Both the position numbers and the translations under genes were made by a program. Positions 55,167-64,000 of a stretch of DNA of 64,000 nt are shown here, one piece after another. Every line of letters starts with the position of its first letter. The first letter of the stretch is position 1. The notes under the pieces are model-generated. The model saw only the letters and a program-made list of their open reading frames with translations, made no database searches and was not told where the DNA came from. The stretch covers positions 62,001 to 126,000 of the IMG/VR virus record IMGVR_UViG_3300028592_000004; one strand, written 5' to 3'.

Positions 55167-55534
55167 TTCGGCCCGTCAGGGTGCGGGCAAATCTCGGTCT
55201 TGAGGTAGATCTTGTTCAGAAAGGTCTGCTTTGAGTTGCAGTTGCAGCCGCAGGCCGTACACACGCCTGTGTTCAGCAGCTCGCAGCCCTCGCAGATCTG
55301 CAAGATGGCGTCGATCTCCTCCTGAGTTCGGTGCTCACCGCCACCCCAGCCCCATCGCAATAGCGCTCTCGTGAAGTTGTACCCTCGGACGAAGAGGTTG
55401 GGGATGGGGTGGTCGGGTTCGCCGTCGACGTTGTAGCCGTACTTCCGGAGAATTTCCACTTCTCGTTCAGAGAGCTTGCCGGCCCGTAGCTTGGCCTCTG
55501 CCAGTGGCGGTAGCTTCTTCTTGTGCTGAGGCAT
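55157..55534 (-). CDS. Cys-rich zinc-binding protein (DUF6171-like)
   Basis: ICEGC...CTACGC...K....CP...KW. Confidence 0.65.
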   Translation of the reverse strand: MPQHKKKLPPLAEAKLRAGKLSEREVEILRKYGYNVDGEPDHPIPNLFVRGYNFTRALLRWGWGGGEHRTQEEIDAILQICEGCELLNTGVCTACGCNCNSKQTFLNKIYLKTEICPHPDGPKWK

Positions 55535-55980
55535 CAGAAAGTTACTTTCCAGGTTGCACTAGCCGGACAGCAGGGACACGGCGTGGGTGTCACGAAGTTC
55601 GAATCCCACAGGCCGACGCCGGCCTGCCATAGGAATCCGTCAGGATGGTCACAGTTCTGGAGGATCGTTCCAGCGTAAGGACCGCCTGCGGCATAACAGG
55701 CGCCACCCTCCAACACAATGTTGCCAACGAATGCACTCAACGTTCCACAGAAGAATGAAACGGTAATCTTGCCACAGTCTGAGTCGTACTCTCCTTCCCA
55801 GCCGCCGAGATCGGGATCCCAGATCAGGGCGCAGCCACCGACAAGGCAGTCGTTCGTCTCCGGCAGGCTAATTGAGAACTCAGCATTCAGAACGAATGGG
55901 AGTTCGCAGTCCTCGTAACCCGGGCAGCGAACACCGTCCGGGCAGCAAGGGCAATCAGCAAAGAACGTTGTCGTGGGCAT
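55534..55980 (-). CDS. Cys-rich hypothetical virion-associated protein
   Basis: Start MPTTT at 55980; ~14 Cys; in structural cluster. Confidence 0.6.
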   Translation of the reverse strand: MPTTTFFADCPCCPDGVRCPGYEDCELPFVLNAEFSISLPETNDCLVGGCALIWDPDLGGWEGEYDSDCGKITVSFFCGTLSAFVGNIVLEGGACYAAGGPYAGTILQNCDHPDGFLWQAGVGLWDSNFVTPTPCPCCPASATWKVTF

Positions 55981-55982
55981 CG

Positions 55983-56660
55983 CTACGGGACTGTGGCCAT
56001 GATGGTAGTTTTCGTGACCTGCAGGCCTTGAGGACCGCAAGACACGTCGGTGACGACTTCGAGTTCTTCCCCACCACCGCCACCCTGACTGCCCTCACCG
56101 GGAGGTCCTTGCGGTCCTTGCGGGCCGGCAGGACCTTGCGTGCCTTCGCCTTGAGGGCCAGGAGGTCCCTGCGGGCCGTCCCCGCCCTGGGGACCCGGAG
56201 GCCCCTGCGGTCCACCGTAAGGCCCCTGCGGGCCGGCCGGACCGGGCGGACCTTGGGCGCCATCACCGCCGGCAGGACCGATCGGTCCCTGTGCACCGGT
56301 GAAGCCGATCGGACCGATCGGTCCGGGCTGCCCGGGTACGCCGATTGGCCCCTGGACGCCTTGCGGTCCTTGAGGACCCTGCGGTCCTTGTGGTCCTTGA
56401 GGCCCCTGCGGTCCTTGTGGTCCCTGAGGTCCCTGTGGACCTTGTGGTCCTTGAGGACCTTGAAGTCCCTGCGGACCTTGAGGGCCGTCGATCCCCTGCG
56501 GACCCTGCAGACCGGCTGCGCCGGAGGGCGGGATCTCCAGAGGCGGCGTAGTGCATCCGCGGATCGGATCCGGAATGTCAGGCTGTTCGCACGTGTCGAA
56601 CAGGTTGAAGTCCGTGACGCGTGCGAGATCGCATCCGGTACAGGGCTGGTCGGTGGACAC
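55983..56660 (-). CDS. collagen-like protein
   Basis: ~50 contiguous G-X-Y triplets dominated by GPQ. Confidence 0.9.
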   Translation of the reverse strand: MSTDQPCTGCDLARVTDFNLFDTCEQPDIPDPIRGCTTPPLEIPPSGAAGLQGPQGIDGPQGPQGLQGPQGPQGPQGPQGPQGPQGPQGPQGPQGPQGPQGVQGPIGVPGQPGPIGPIGFTGAQGPIGPAGGDGAQGPPGPAGPQGPYGGPQGPPGPQGGDGPQGPPGPQGEGTQGPAGPQGPQGPPGEGSQGGGGGEELEVVTDVSCGPQGLQVTKTTIMATVP

Positions 56661-57580
56661 TATTCACCTCCCAGCGAGAACTGTTCAACCTCTTGGCAGT
56701 AGTCGAGGTCACTGAGTCCGAAGTCGATAATCAGCTTCGACGGGTTGTCTTCGGCAACTGAGATCGAGACACCGCGGGCCGACAACAGCTGTATGTACCG
56801 GGCTGTGACGCCATTGAGCGAGGTAATCCGGTCATTGCACGCCGGACCGCCGGTCAGAAGGCTCGACAGGGACTCTTCATCATCGGAGATCGGGATCTCT
56901 TCGCAAGGGGCGCCGGCGCCGGCGCCGACACTCGCCGAGAACAGGAGGGAGTTCTCTGTCGTGTTCGTGCGGATCGCGCAGTTGTAGCCCTCCATGAAAC
57001 GGAGGCTTCCAGACAAGCATTGGCTGTCGACGAAGATCGGCGGTGAGTCGTCCAGGGAGAGGGACTCCTCAACACAGTCATCCGGCAGCGTTGCGCGGAC
57101 GCGGTCCTCGTTGCCGAGGCTGACCGATCGCAGAAAGGTGCCGTGCAGCGTCTGGATCCGGGAAGGCTCGATACGCACGCCCGTTTCGAACGTGAGGGCC
57201 TCGCTGATCTCCAGGTTGAGCTTCGACAGCCGGCCGACCTGCAGGTAGCCCTCCCAGAGAGGCGGCTCGTCGCAGGCGTTCTCCCCAGCAGCCGACTCAG
57301 CACTGTAGATGGTGAACTCGCCCGCGGCGACCGGTACTTCGAACGTCAGCCGCTCCGACAGGACCGAGCAGCCAAATTCGAACTCGAACGTGTCTGCGTC
57401 GACACGCCGGATCTCAACTAGCCAGACGTAATCATCGGCAGTGAAATCGACCTCGGGACCGAGCAGGCACCCGAAGTCAACGATGACAGCTTCCGGCGGG
57501 AACTCAATGCCGAGATCCTCCCGGTCAACGAGAGGATAGCTGCGGAACTCATTGTCATTGAGCCATCCTGGCTGCGACAT
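56660..57580 (-). CDS. putative baseplate/tail structural protein
   Basis: [24 protein letters not shown]; paralogous motifs shared with the next three genes. Confidence 0.65.
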   Translation of the reverse strand: MSQPGWLNDNEFRSYPLVDREDLGIEFPPEAVIVDFGCLLGPEVDFTADDYVWLVEIRRVDADTFEFEFGCSVLSERLTFEVPVAAGEFTIYSAESAAGENACDEPPLWEGYLQVGRLSKLNLEISEALTFETGVRIEPSRIQTLHGTFLRSVSLGNEDRVRATLPDDCVEESLSLDDSPPIFVDSQCLSGSLRFMEGYNCAIRTNTTENSLLFSASVGAGAGAPCEEIPISDDEESLSSLLTGGPACNDRITSLNGVTARYIQLLSARGVSISVAEDNPSKLIIDFGLSDLDYCQEVEQFSLGGE

Positions 57581-57586
57581 CCTGTC
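57576..57586 (-). promoter_or_regulatory. CsrB-repeat-like CAGGAUG hairpin on start codon
   Basis: GAC-AGGAU-GUC containing the AUG at 57580. Confidence 0.5.
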
Positions 57587-58352
57587 AGGCTCCTGAGAGC
57601 GGCCGTCCAACAGCCGCGATGGTCAAACTGGATTCCCCGGACGGAGTGATTCGCAGAATCGTGTCGCCCTTCTGGGCGTCCACGACCAGCAGATTGAGAA
57701 TGCCGTACTCGTCCGGACCGATCCCGTTGATTGTCTGCAAAAACCGAGGCGCCTGGAAGAGCTCCAGGGGTCGACACAGCCGGCGCTTGAACAGCGGGTC
57801 ACCTACCACGTCGACGCGGATAACGCCGTCATCAACTTGGCGGAGCACGACACCGTCCGCCCCGACGAGCCAGACGTCTCCCGTGTGAAGCACGCCATCG
57901 TCAGTCAGAAACCCGCGGATCCCGACTTCGGGCGTCGGAATGATGCAGCTCGCGACGAAAGCTGCAGCGCCAAAGGCGAAGGCGTGATCACCAGTGGCCC
58001 AGGTCTGCAACTCCAGCGCTCGACTCGTATCCAGCACCAGCACACCGCCGGCCCGGCCGCGTGAGTCGGTCAGGTTGAGTACTTCCGGCGGATCCGCTGT
58101 GTCGATGGTGGCCGTCAGGACCGCTAGCGCGTTCGCCTGTCCGATGCTGATCGTGGCCGACTGCGGAGTGATTGCAATCTTCGTGATCTGGAGGTTGTCG
58201 TAGGACCCGATTGGGAACAACGAGGCGTCGAGGATCAGATCGTCCGGGATGGCGACTCCGCCGCTATCCAGCAGAGAGGCGTCATCTCGGAAGGGATACC
58301 GCCCGGGTCGGAGCTCTTCGCGATAGTCGGAGGTGCGGATTCGATTGCTCAT
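57585..58352 (-). CDS. putative baseplate/tail structural protein
   Basis: RYPFRDDASL, LQTINGIGPDEYG. Confidence 0.65.
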   Translation of the reverse strand: MSNRIRTSDYREELRPGRYPFRDDASLLDSGGVAIPDDLILDASLFPIGSYDNLQITKIAITPQSATISIGQANALAVLTATIDTADPPEVLNLTDSRGRAGGVLVLDTSRALELQTWATGDHAFAFGAAAFVASCIIPTPEVGIRGFLTDDGVLHTGDVWLVGADGVVLRQVDDGVIRVDVVGDPLFKRRLCRPLELFQAPRFLQTINGIGPDEYGILNLLVVDAQKGDTILRITPSGESSLTIAAVGRPLSGA

Positions 58353-60157
58353 ACGTCCTCCTCAAGGTGGAAGTAGCTGAACCGGGCTTCGGCCTTGATC
58401 GAGCCGATGCCGAACTTGCCGTTGGCGGGAAGATAACTGGCAGTGGTCAGCGTCACTTCCGCGGAGGGCAGTGATGGATTTGTGACCGATTCCAGCGTAG
58501 CGAAGATATCGACACTGCCAGAGACGTTCGAGAGGGTCGTCTGAACCGTAAGCCGATAGCAGTGGCCCACGATAACGCCCAGCGGCCCGGCCTGAACCAG
58601 CGGAGCACTCATGATCGTTCCGTTGAAGAACCGGATCTCCAATGCGTCGCTGTTCTTGTTCAGGCTGACGTAGTAGTACTGCTCGATCTGGCTCGTGCCC
58701 ACCAGGTGCCAGTTGACGATGATCCCGCCGTTCCGCTCGATTCCCTCGACAAGCTGGAAGACCGTCTCGCACCGCTTGTCGAGCGAGGACGTGTAAGCGC
58801 AGTTGTTCCAGATTGCGACGTTGCGGCGGCTGAGGTTGACGGCCGAGTAGGAGCGATTGATCGGGACCGGGAAGAGTCCGGACGCTGCCTCGTCGATTCC
58901 GTCGACACAGACCAGGAAGCGCCGGGTCAGCGCAAACAGCTCAAAGTGGGTCTCCCAGACAAGGATCGGCGGATCCTCTTCGTCGACCCCAGGCAGGGAG
59001 CTGACCAGCGACGAGACAAGACTGCTGACGCTGTCGATCGAGCTGTCGCTGTAGCAGGACTCCGAGGTGAAGACGGACGAGACGGAGTCGTACCCCGCGC
59101 CGAGCTCCTGCGGGCAGTCTGTGTTCCGGATCGCGAACGTACCAAACTTGACTTCCCAGTCCGGGTCCACCGCGTGATCGAAAGAGTCGGTGAACGGCAA
59201 GTTCCCGCAATCTTCCGCGCTGCTGGATTCGCTCGGATCTGGATCAGGCCCAGGTCCGCCGCCGTCCGAGGAGTCCTCAGAGATGGAGAAGGAATTCAGA
59301 CTGTCGCAAAGGTCATTGAAGTCGCCGTCGACCTGCGGCCTGCCGGCACAGACCTCCTCGATCCCGATCGGTAGGTTGAGCCCGATCCCGCCAACGTCAC
59401 CTTCGATCGGCAGCACTTCGATTCCGGTGAACTCGATCTCAATGTTGCCGTCGCAGTCCGGGATTGCCGGCCCGAGACGTTCAATCCCGGGACGCAGGCA
59501 AGTCTTTGACTCTGGCCGGTCACCGCACGGACCGCGGTAAAGGTCGAAGACGTTCCGGTTCAGCTGGTTTCGGAGGCGGAAGACAATCGCGTCGACTTCG
59601 TTGCCTTCGACTTCCAGCGTCTCGCTGACGATCTGCAGGTCCTGCCCGCCGCGGAGTCGCACAATCCCGGTCATGGCGGGATCGACATTCAGCTTGCCGA
59701 CTTCCGTTACGGGAATCGGGTTGTACGGGCGGGCACACCGCGGCAGCAGCATCGACTGGTTGGGCGACGAAAAGCGGCCGGAGTAGAGCGTGTGGAGAGC
59801 CTCTCCGAAGACAAGCCAGCCACCCACTCCGGGCACCTGACCCGTGATCGCATACGGTTTGCCAGCTACGAATGCAGACTTCAGAATCGTGACAGCCCCG
59901 AGTGGGGCGAGCGTTGGCGTGGATCCACCGGCCGGCTGGTCCGAGGCCACCAGGGCGACGGTCAGAAGCCGCTCGGTGGACGCGATGCCGCTGATGCAGA
60001 CGTACCGGCCAAGAGTCAGCGGAAATCGCAGCGCGCAGTCGACAATCAGACGACTCGGCAGGATCTGGCCGGCGTCGTCTCGACAGGTGGCATTGTCGTC
60101 AAGCGGGTAGGCGCGATTCGCATTCCGATTGAAGAACTGGTGTCCGCTCGTTCCCAT
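58349..60157 (-). CDS. putative baseplate/tail structural protein with C-terminal beta-sandwich (lectin-like) region
   Basis: FFNRNANRAYPLDD, IERLGPAIPDCDG; TGATG coupling at 60157. Confidence 0.65.
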   Translation of the reverse strand: MGTSGHQFFNRNANRAYPLDDNATCRDDAGQILPSRLIVDCALRFPLTLGRYVCISGIASTERLLTVALVASDQPAGGSTPTLAPLGAVTILKSAFVAGKPYAITGQVPGVGGWLVFGEALHTLYSGRFSSPNQSMLLPRCARPYNPIPVTEVGKLNVDPAMTGIVRLRGGQDLQIVSETLEVEGNEVDAIVFRLRNQLNRNVFDLYRGPCGDRPESKTCLRPGIERLGPAIPDCDGNIEIEFTGIEVLPIEGDVGGIGLNLPIGIEEVCAGRPQVDGDFNDLCDSLNSFSISEDSSDGGGPGPDPDPSESSSAEDCGNLPFTDSFDHAVDPDWEVKFGTFAIRNTDCPQELGAGYDSVSSVFTSESCYSDSSIDSVSSLVSSLVSSLPGVDEEDPPILVWETHFELFALTRRFLVCVDGIDEAASGLFPVPINRSYSAVNLSRRNVAIWNNCAYTSSLDKRCETVFQLVEGIERNGGIIVNWHLVGTSQIEQYYYVSLNKNSDALEIRFFNGTIMSAPLVQAGPLGVIVGHCYRLTVQTTLSNVSGSVDIFATLESVTNPSLPSAEVTLTTASYLPANGKFGIGSIKAEARFSYFHLEEDV

Positions 60158-61629
60158 CAGCATCCACTACCAACGGCCACAGTGATCGTCCTGACCTGTG
60201 GGGCTTCTGCGGACGGCTGTGGCACGCCGTTGACATAAGCCGTGGCGGTGATTGTCAGGCTTGTGCTCTCCTGAGTGCAAGGCACGATAGCCCGGAATCG
60301 GACCGTCGCCGGACGTCCCGGACTAAGATAGTCCCAGAACACCGAGTAGCCGCCGGTGGGGTTACCGTCGTCGTCCAGGATCGGTGCGACGTTCCCCAGG
60401 GTGCTGCCGCCCGTATCCGAGGACAAGACGACTGAGCAACTCGGGAAGGAAACCTCCTCATCGCAACCCTCTGCCGGGTTGTTGATGGTGAAGCCGAAGC
60501 GGATCTCGACGTTGCGATTGCAGCCGCTCTGCATGTTGCAGAAGGACGCCAGCACCTCAACATTGAAGCCGCCGCTCGCCCGAGCGACGAGATCGAGCAC
60601 ATCCAGTCGACGGCAATCCGCGACGGTCGTGAACCGCTGGATCTGATCCACAAGGCTGTCACGTGTCGACATGTAGTTGCTGCCGACGCCGACCCAACGG
60701 TTGTAGACCTGGCGGAAGTTCTCGTAGGTCGCAATGAAGTCTTCCTTCTTACAGCACGGCGAGCAGTCGTTTCCGATCTTGAGGGTCGCTGCGGTCGGTC
60801 GCACCTTGCCGTCGACGATTTCAGTCGGTTGCCGGACGTAGTGGCAGAGATCTGTCTCCAGCTTGAACTCCCCGTACGCATTCGGGCTCACACCGTTGAT
60901 ACGGCGGACAAGGATGTCCGGCTCCTGGCACGCCTCGAACCGGCCCAGCCCGCCGCCTGGCGCTGACGTGACCGTAATTCGCGTGATGTTGCGAAGCCCC
61001 TCTGTGCGCTGCGCAACGTCGAGCACTGTGTTGAAGCCGGCCTCCAGCACGATGTCGTTCGTTGCCGTGACCAATCCGGTGCGAACGGATGTGACCCGCT
61101 TCGGCCGCTTGTCCGCACAGCGGGCGTCAATGACAGCCGACTCCGGCTCAATGTAGAGCTCGTACTCGGTCGCGTCGTCGACGTTCATGACGGCCGTCCA
61201 CTGGACGACCCTCAATACCATCTCACCCAGGGACCACTCGTGAACCCGCAGCCGATCGCCGAAGTCCGCGGCGCTGTAGTAGGTCGCCTCCGTTGTGTCG
61301 AAGACCGTAACACCGTTGGCGTCCACGATTTTGATGTCGCAGTCGTGGGTTGGAGTAATCGGGAGATCCTCCGGTTCCTCGACCAGTGACTCTTCTTCAG
61401 CGATGTATTTTGCGAAGCCGTAAACCCACTCCACCCGGAGCGGCTCAGCAGCCGGATCCGGGTGGTTCAGGTACATGTCCGAGAGGAGACCCTTGATGTC
61501 CGAACTCGGTCGAATGAGCGGATAGTCCCGACCTTCGATGTTGACCGTGTACGACAGTCCGGACCGCTGGGCGGCGCCGTCAGGCGTGTCGAACTCGAAG
61601 TTGAACTCTTCGTTGAATTCGCCGGGCAT
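60157..61629 (-). CDS. putative baseplate/tail structural protein
   Basis: RDYPL, VRRINGVSPNAYGEF, DCSPCC. Confidence 0.65.
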   Translation of the reverse strand: MPGEFNEEFNFEFDTPDGAAQRSGLSYTVNIEGRDYPLIRPSSDIKGLLSDMYLNHPDPAAEPLRVEWVYGFAKYIAEEESLVEEPEDLPITPTHDCDIKIVDANGVTVFDTTEATYYSAADFGDRLRVHEWSLGEMVLRVVQWTAVMNVDDATEYELYIEPESAVIDARCADKRPKRVTSVRTGLVTATNDIVLEAGFNTVLDVAQRTEGLRNITRITVTSAPGGGLGRFEACQEPDILVRRINGVSPNAYGEFKLETDLCHYVRQPTEIVDGKVRPTAATLKIGNDCSPCCKKEDFIATYENFRQVYNRWVGVGSNYMSTRDSLVDQIQRFTTVADCRRLDVLDLVARASGGFNVEVLASFCNMQSGCNRNVEIRFGFTINNPAEGCDEEVSFPSCSVVLSSDTGGSTLGNVAPILDDDGNPTGGYSVFWDYLSPGRPATVRFRAIVPCTQESTSLTITATAYVNGVPQPSAEAPQVRTITVAVGSGC

Positions 61630-61631
61630 CG

Positions 61632-62102
61632 TTAGACCGGGTTGGAGGTGGACAGAGTGAGGGCTTCGCGGAACAGGTCGTCTACGTCGTTCTCGTCCTT
61701 CCCGAGGAACTGCTTGAACAGAAGCACCGAGGGATGATCGCGACGGACGTACGGGGCGTACTGTACGTCGTCCATGAGGTCCTCGTTGCCTGGAGCCAGA
61801 ATGTACTGATCAATCAGGTCTAGAGCAGTGACAATCTCCGGATCATCGTAAATGACCAGCCGCCGCAGAGCTTTCCGGAGGCCGTGCATGGCGACGGTGT
61901 CCGGCACAGGCGATGCGTTCCAGTCCCAGCCTGCAAGAACAGCGTTGGCGGCGGTCTGCTGTTCCTCCGTCGCTTCCGGAAGGAATGAGATCGATGACTG
62001 TGACACGCCTTCGATGGGAAGTCCCAGATCCAGGAGGTGCCGGTGAAGGTCCTGAAGGCGTCCACCCAGTTTTTCCAACTCAGCTGAGATGCTCACACCC
62101 AC
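61632..62102 (-). CDS. tail-fibre-associated small protein (chaperone-like)
   Basis: Directly downstream of fibre gene; LRKAL and DVDDLFREA resemble fibre-assembly proteins. Confidence 0.5.
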   Translation of the reverse strand: MGVSISAELEKLGGRLQDLHRHLLDLGLPIEGVSQSSISFLPEATEEQQTAANAVLAGWDWNASPVPDTVAMHGLRKALRRLVIYDDPEIVTALDLIDQYILAPGNEDLMDDVQYAPYVRRDHPSVLLFKQFLGKDENDVDDLFREALTLSTSNPV

Positions 62103-63967
62103 ACCAGTCCTTTGACATCGTAGTAGTAGAAGGTCGAGTTATTCGTTCCGGTCGCAGACTCGCTGACGTAGTAGATTACATAACCCGTGCTGGGTGCGAG
62201 TGGCAGCGCAAAGCCGTCTCCAACAGCGGCGGCAGCGCTATGGTCAATGACCAGGGCCGGCGTAGTCGACGTCGAGGTTCCGAGACCCAGACGAGCGCCC
62301 TGAGTACCAGCACCGGACGGCAACATCGCGCCGACGAGCGACAACATTGGAGCTCGGGACGGGAAAGTGGATACCCACTCCAAAGTCGCTCCGCTGCCGT
62401 TATTCCATCCGCGAATGGTCGTGGAGCTGTATGTGTGACTGTTCACATAGTCCGATCGAGCCAGCAACTTCGGCACAGGATTCAGCGCGTTCGACACGAA
62501 CCGCTTTGTCACAGAGTCTTCGGTCGTGGTCGTGCTGGTCGTACGAATCGTACCGAGCAGGATGGCTTGATTCGCACTAACGACGTTTCCGCTGATCACG
62601 CCGGTGATCTGGGACGCGTTGGTCTGTATACCGTGGAGCCATTCGATTGAAATGGCCCGGTCGGTATCGTTGGTCCACGCAACGTAGTCCAGGGTGAAGC
62701 TACCGCTGTTCACGTAGCCGTAGACGTCGTAGTTCTTGCCGCTCGTCAGGCCGGTCAGCGTTCGGCCGATCTGCGAAAAGACGTATGGCACCCACATGGT
62801 GCCGTTCCAGATGGTGACAAGGTTGCCGTTGTAGGGCGTGAAGAAGACGCTCGATGAGCCGGTGACGTCGCTCGTTGTGACGGGCACGCCGGTGGTCAGC
62901 GTCAGCCGTCCGGACATCGGAACGTTGGCCGCGTATCCCGCCACGGTCGAGTTGTTGGCGAACAGCCAGCCGGTGAGATTCGTCGTTGTCGATGACGTCA
63001 CCTGGTTCGGACCAACGGCGCCCTGAGCACCCTGGTTTCCCTGGGTGCCTTGCGGACCTTGAGTTCCTTGCGGACCGGCAGCGCCTTGGGCTCCCTGGTT
63101 TCCCTGGGGACCCTGTGCTCCGGCTGCTCCCTGGTTGCCTTGCGGACCTTGTGCTCCAGCCGCACCCTGATTCCCCTGGGGACCCTGCGCCCCAGCGGCA
63201 CCCTGATTGCCCTGATTGCCTTGGGTGCCCTGATTCCCCTGCGGTCCCTGCGGGCCAGCGGGTCCCTGGGGACCGGTCGCACCTACGGCCCCGGGTTCAC
63301 CCTGTGGGCCAATATCGCCCTGGGGTCCGACATCACCCTGCGGGCCGGTGTTGCCGGTCGCACCGGTAGCACCTTGCGGTCCCTGCGGGCCGGCAGGTCC
63401 CTGTGGACCAACCATCGACACAACGACGGCGTCGTTCCAGTTGTAGTCGACCAGCTTGGGGCCGAACATTACGTTGAGGTCGGTCCGGATGTAGAAGTCG
63501 CCGGTCTTGCCGTACAACGCGTCGGGATCGCCTACGCCACTGAGAACCGTGTTGCCGTCAGCGCCGGCTGCCCCGTTGGATCCTGCAGCCCCCTGGGGTC
63601 CGGTCGCACCCTGCGGACCCTGAGCGCCCGTTCCGCCGGCCGCGCCGGCAGCTCCCTGAGGTCCCTGCGGACCCGTGGCCCCTTGCGGACCCGTGTCCCC
63701 ATCATCCCCGTCGTTGCCGGCCGGACCTTCCGGACCTTGTGCACCAGTGGCGCCCTGAGGACCCGCCCCGCCAGTAGCACCGGCGGCACCCTGGGCGCCT
63801 TGGGCTCCCTGCGCTCCCTGTGGCCCGGAGAGGCCTTCTGCGATCTTGGCTTCGATCGTGACCACCAGGTCACGCATCGACTGCGCCTTGATCCACTTTC
63901 GGGTGCCATCCTTGAAGATCCCGTCCGGACCCAGGAAGTCATCCCATTCGCGAATTGTGTCAGGCAT
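62093..63967 (-). CDS. collagen-like tail fibre protein
   Basis: Two long G-X-Y tracts split by [17 protein letters not shown]; C-terminal [11 protein letters not shown]...FTPYNGN fibre domain. Confidence 0.85.
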   Translation of the reverse strand: MPDTIREWDDFLGPDGIFKDGTRKWIKAQSMRDLVVTIEAKIAEGLSGPQGAQGAQGAQGAAGATGGAGPQGATGAQGPEGPAGNDGDDGDTGPQGATGPQGPQGAAGAAGGTGAQGPQGATGPQGAAGSNGAAGADGNTVLSGVGDPDALYGKTGDFYIRTDLNVMFGPKLVDYNWNDAVVVSMVGPQGPAGPQGPQGATGATGNTGPQGDVGPQGDIGPQGEPGAVGATGPQGPAGPQGPQGNQGTQGNQGNQGAAGAQGPQGNQGAAGAQGPQGNQGAAGAQGPQGNQGAQGAAGPQGTQGPQGTQGNQGAQGAVGPNQVTSSTTTNLTGWLFANNSTVAGYAANVPMSGRLTLTTGVPVTTSDVTGSSSVFFTPYNGNLVTIWNGTMWVPYVFSQIGRTLTGLTSGKNYDVYGYVNSGSFTLDYVAWTNDTDRAISIEWLHGIQTNASQITGVISGNVVSANQAILLGTIRTTSTTTTEDSVTKRFVSNALNPVPKLLARSDYVNSHTYSSTTIRGWNNGSGATLEWVSTFPSRAPMLSLVGAMLPSGAGTQGARLGLGTSTSTTPALVIDHSAAAAVGDGFALPLAPSTGYVIYYVSESATGTNNSTFYYYDVKGLVWV

Positions 63968-63975
63968 CCTTGCCT
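63962..63975 (-). promoter_or_regulatory. CsrA-type binding hairpin on start codon
   Basis: AGGCA-AGGA-UGCCU containing the AUG at 63967. Confidence 0.65.
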
Positions 63976-64000
63976 CTCAACAGGAAACGCACCCCCGATC

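Noticed and set aside
56040-56520. 9-bp tandem repeats as a CRISPR or non-coding array
   Set aside because: They encode in-frame G-X-Y collagen triplets
1-64000. Stop-codon reassignment
   Set aside because: Conserved genes are full length under the standard code, and TAA, TAG and TGA all terminate genes

Overview
This window is a gene-dense (~62% GC), almost entirely minus-strand segment of a large tailed-phage genome, very likely a jumbo phage. A Planctomycetota-like host is inferred, not proven. Bases 1-44 kb hold a replication, recombination and nucleotide-metabolism module: RecA, SSB-like protein, dNMP kinase, a UDG-fused family-A DNA polymerase with an intein, primase, DnaB, an SF2 helicase, SbcCD, ThyX, ATP-dependent ligase, dCTP deaminase, RNase H, MazG, CsrA and a GpA-type terminase on the opposite strand. 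A sugar-nucleotide and glycosyltransferase cluster (HldE, a GT75/RGP-like protein, GT2-like proteins) sits inside it. Bases 44-49 kb are an AAA-ATPase/DUF1257/DUF2997/DUF3150/SWIM/GP88 operon, and 49-64 kb is a virion module with a GT9-GT-A fusion and collagen-like fibres. The most interesting observations are four. (1) A stand-alone RAMP/Cas7-like gene lies next to a catalytically eroded IS110/Nop (Tas-like) gene, flanked by the only structured gaps in that operon, with no CRISPR array or other cas gene. (2) CsrA-type CA(N)GGAUG hairpins sit on or next to the start codons of six genes in a phage that encodes its own CsrA. (3) An 18-bp palindromic operator-like motif precedes six genes. (4) The phage encodes ADP-heptose synthesis and transfer steps. 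All family assignments come from motif recognition by eye; no database searches were run.
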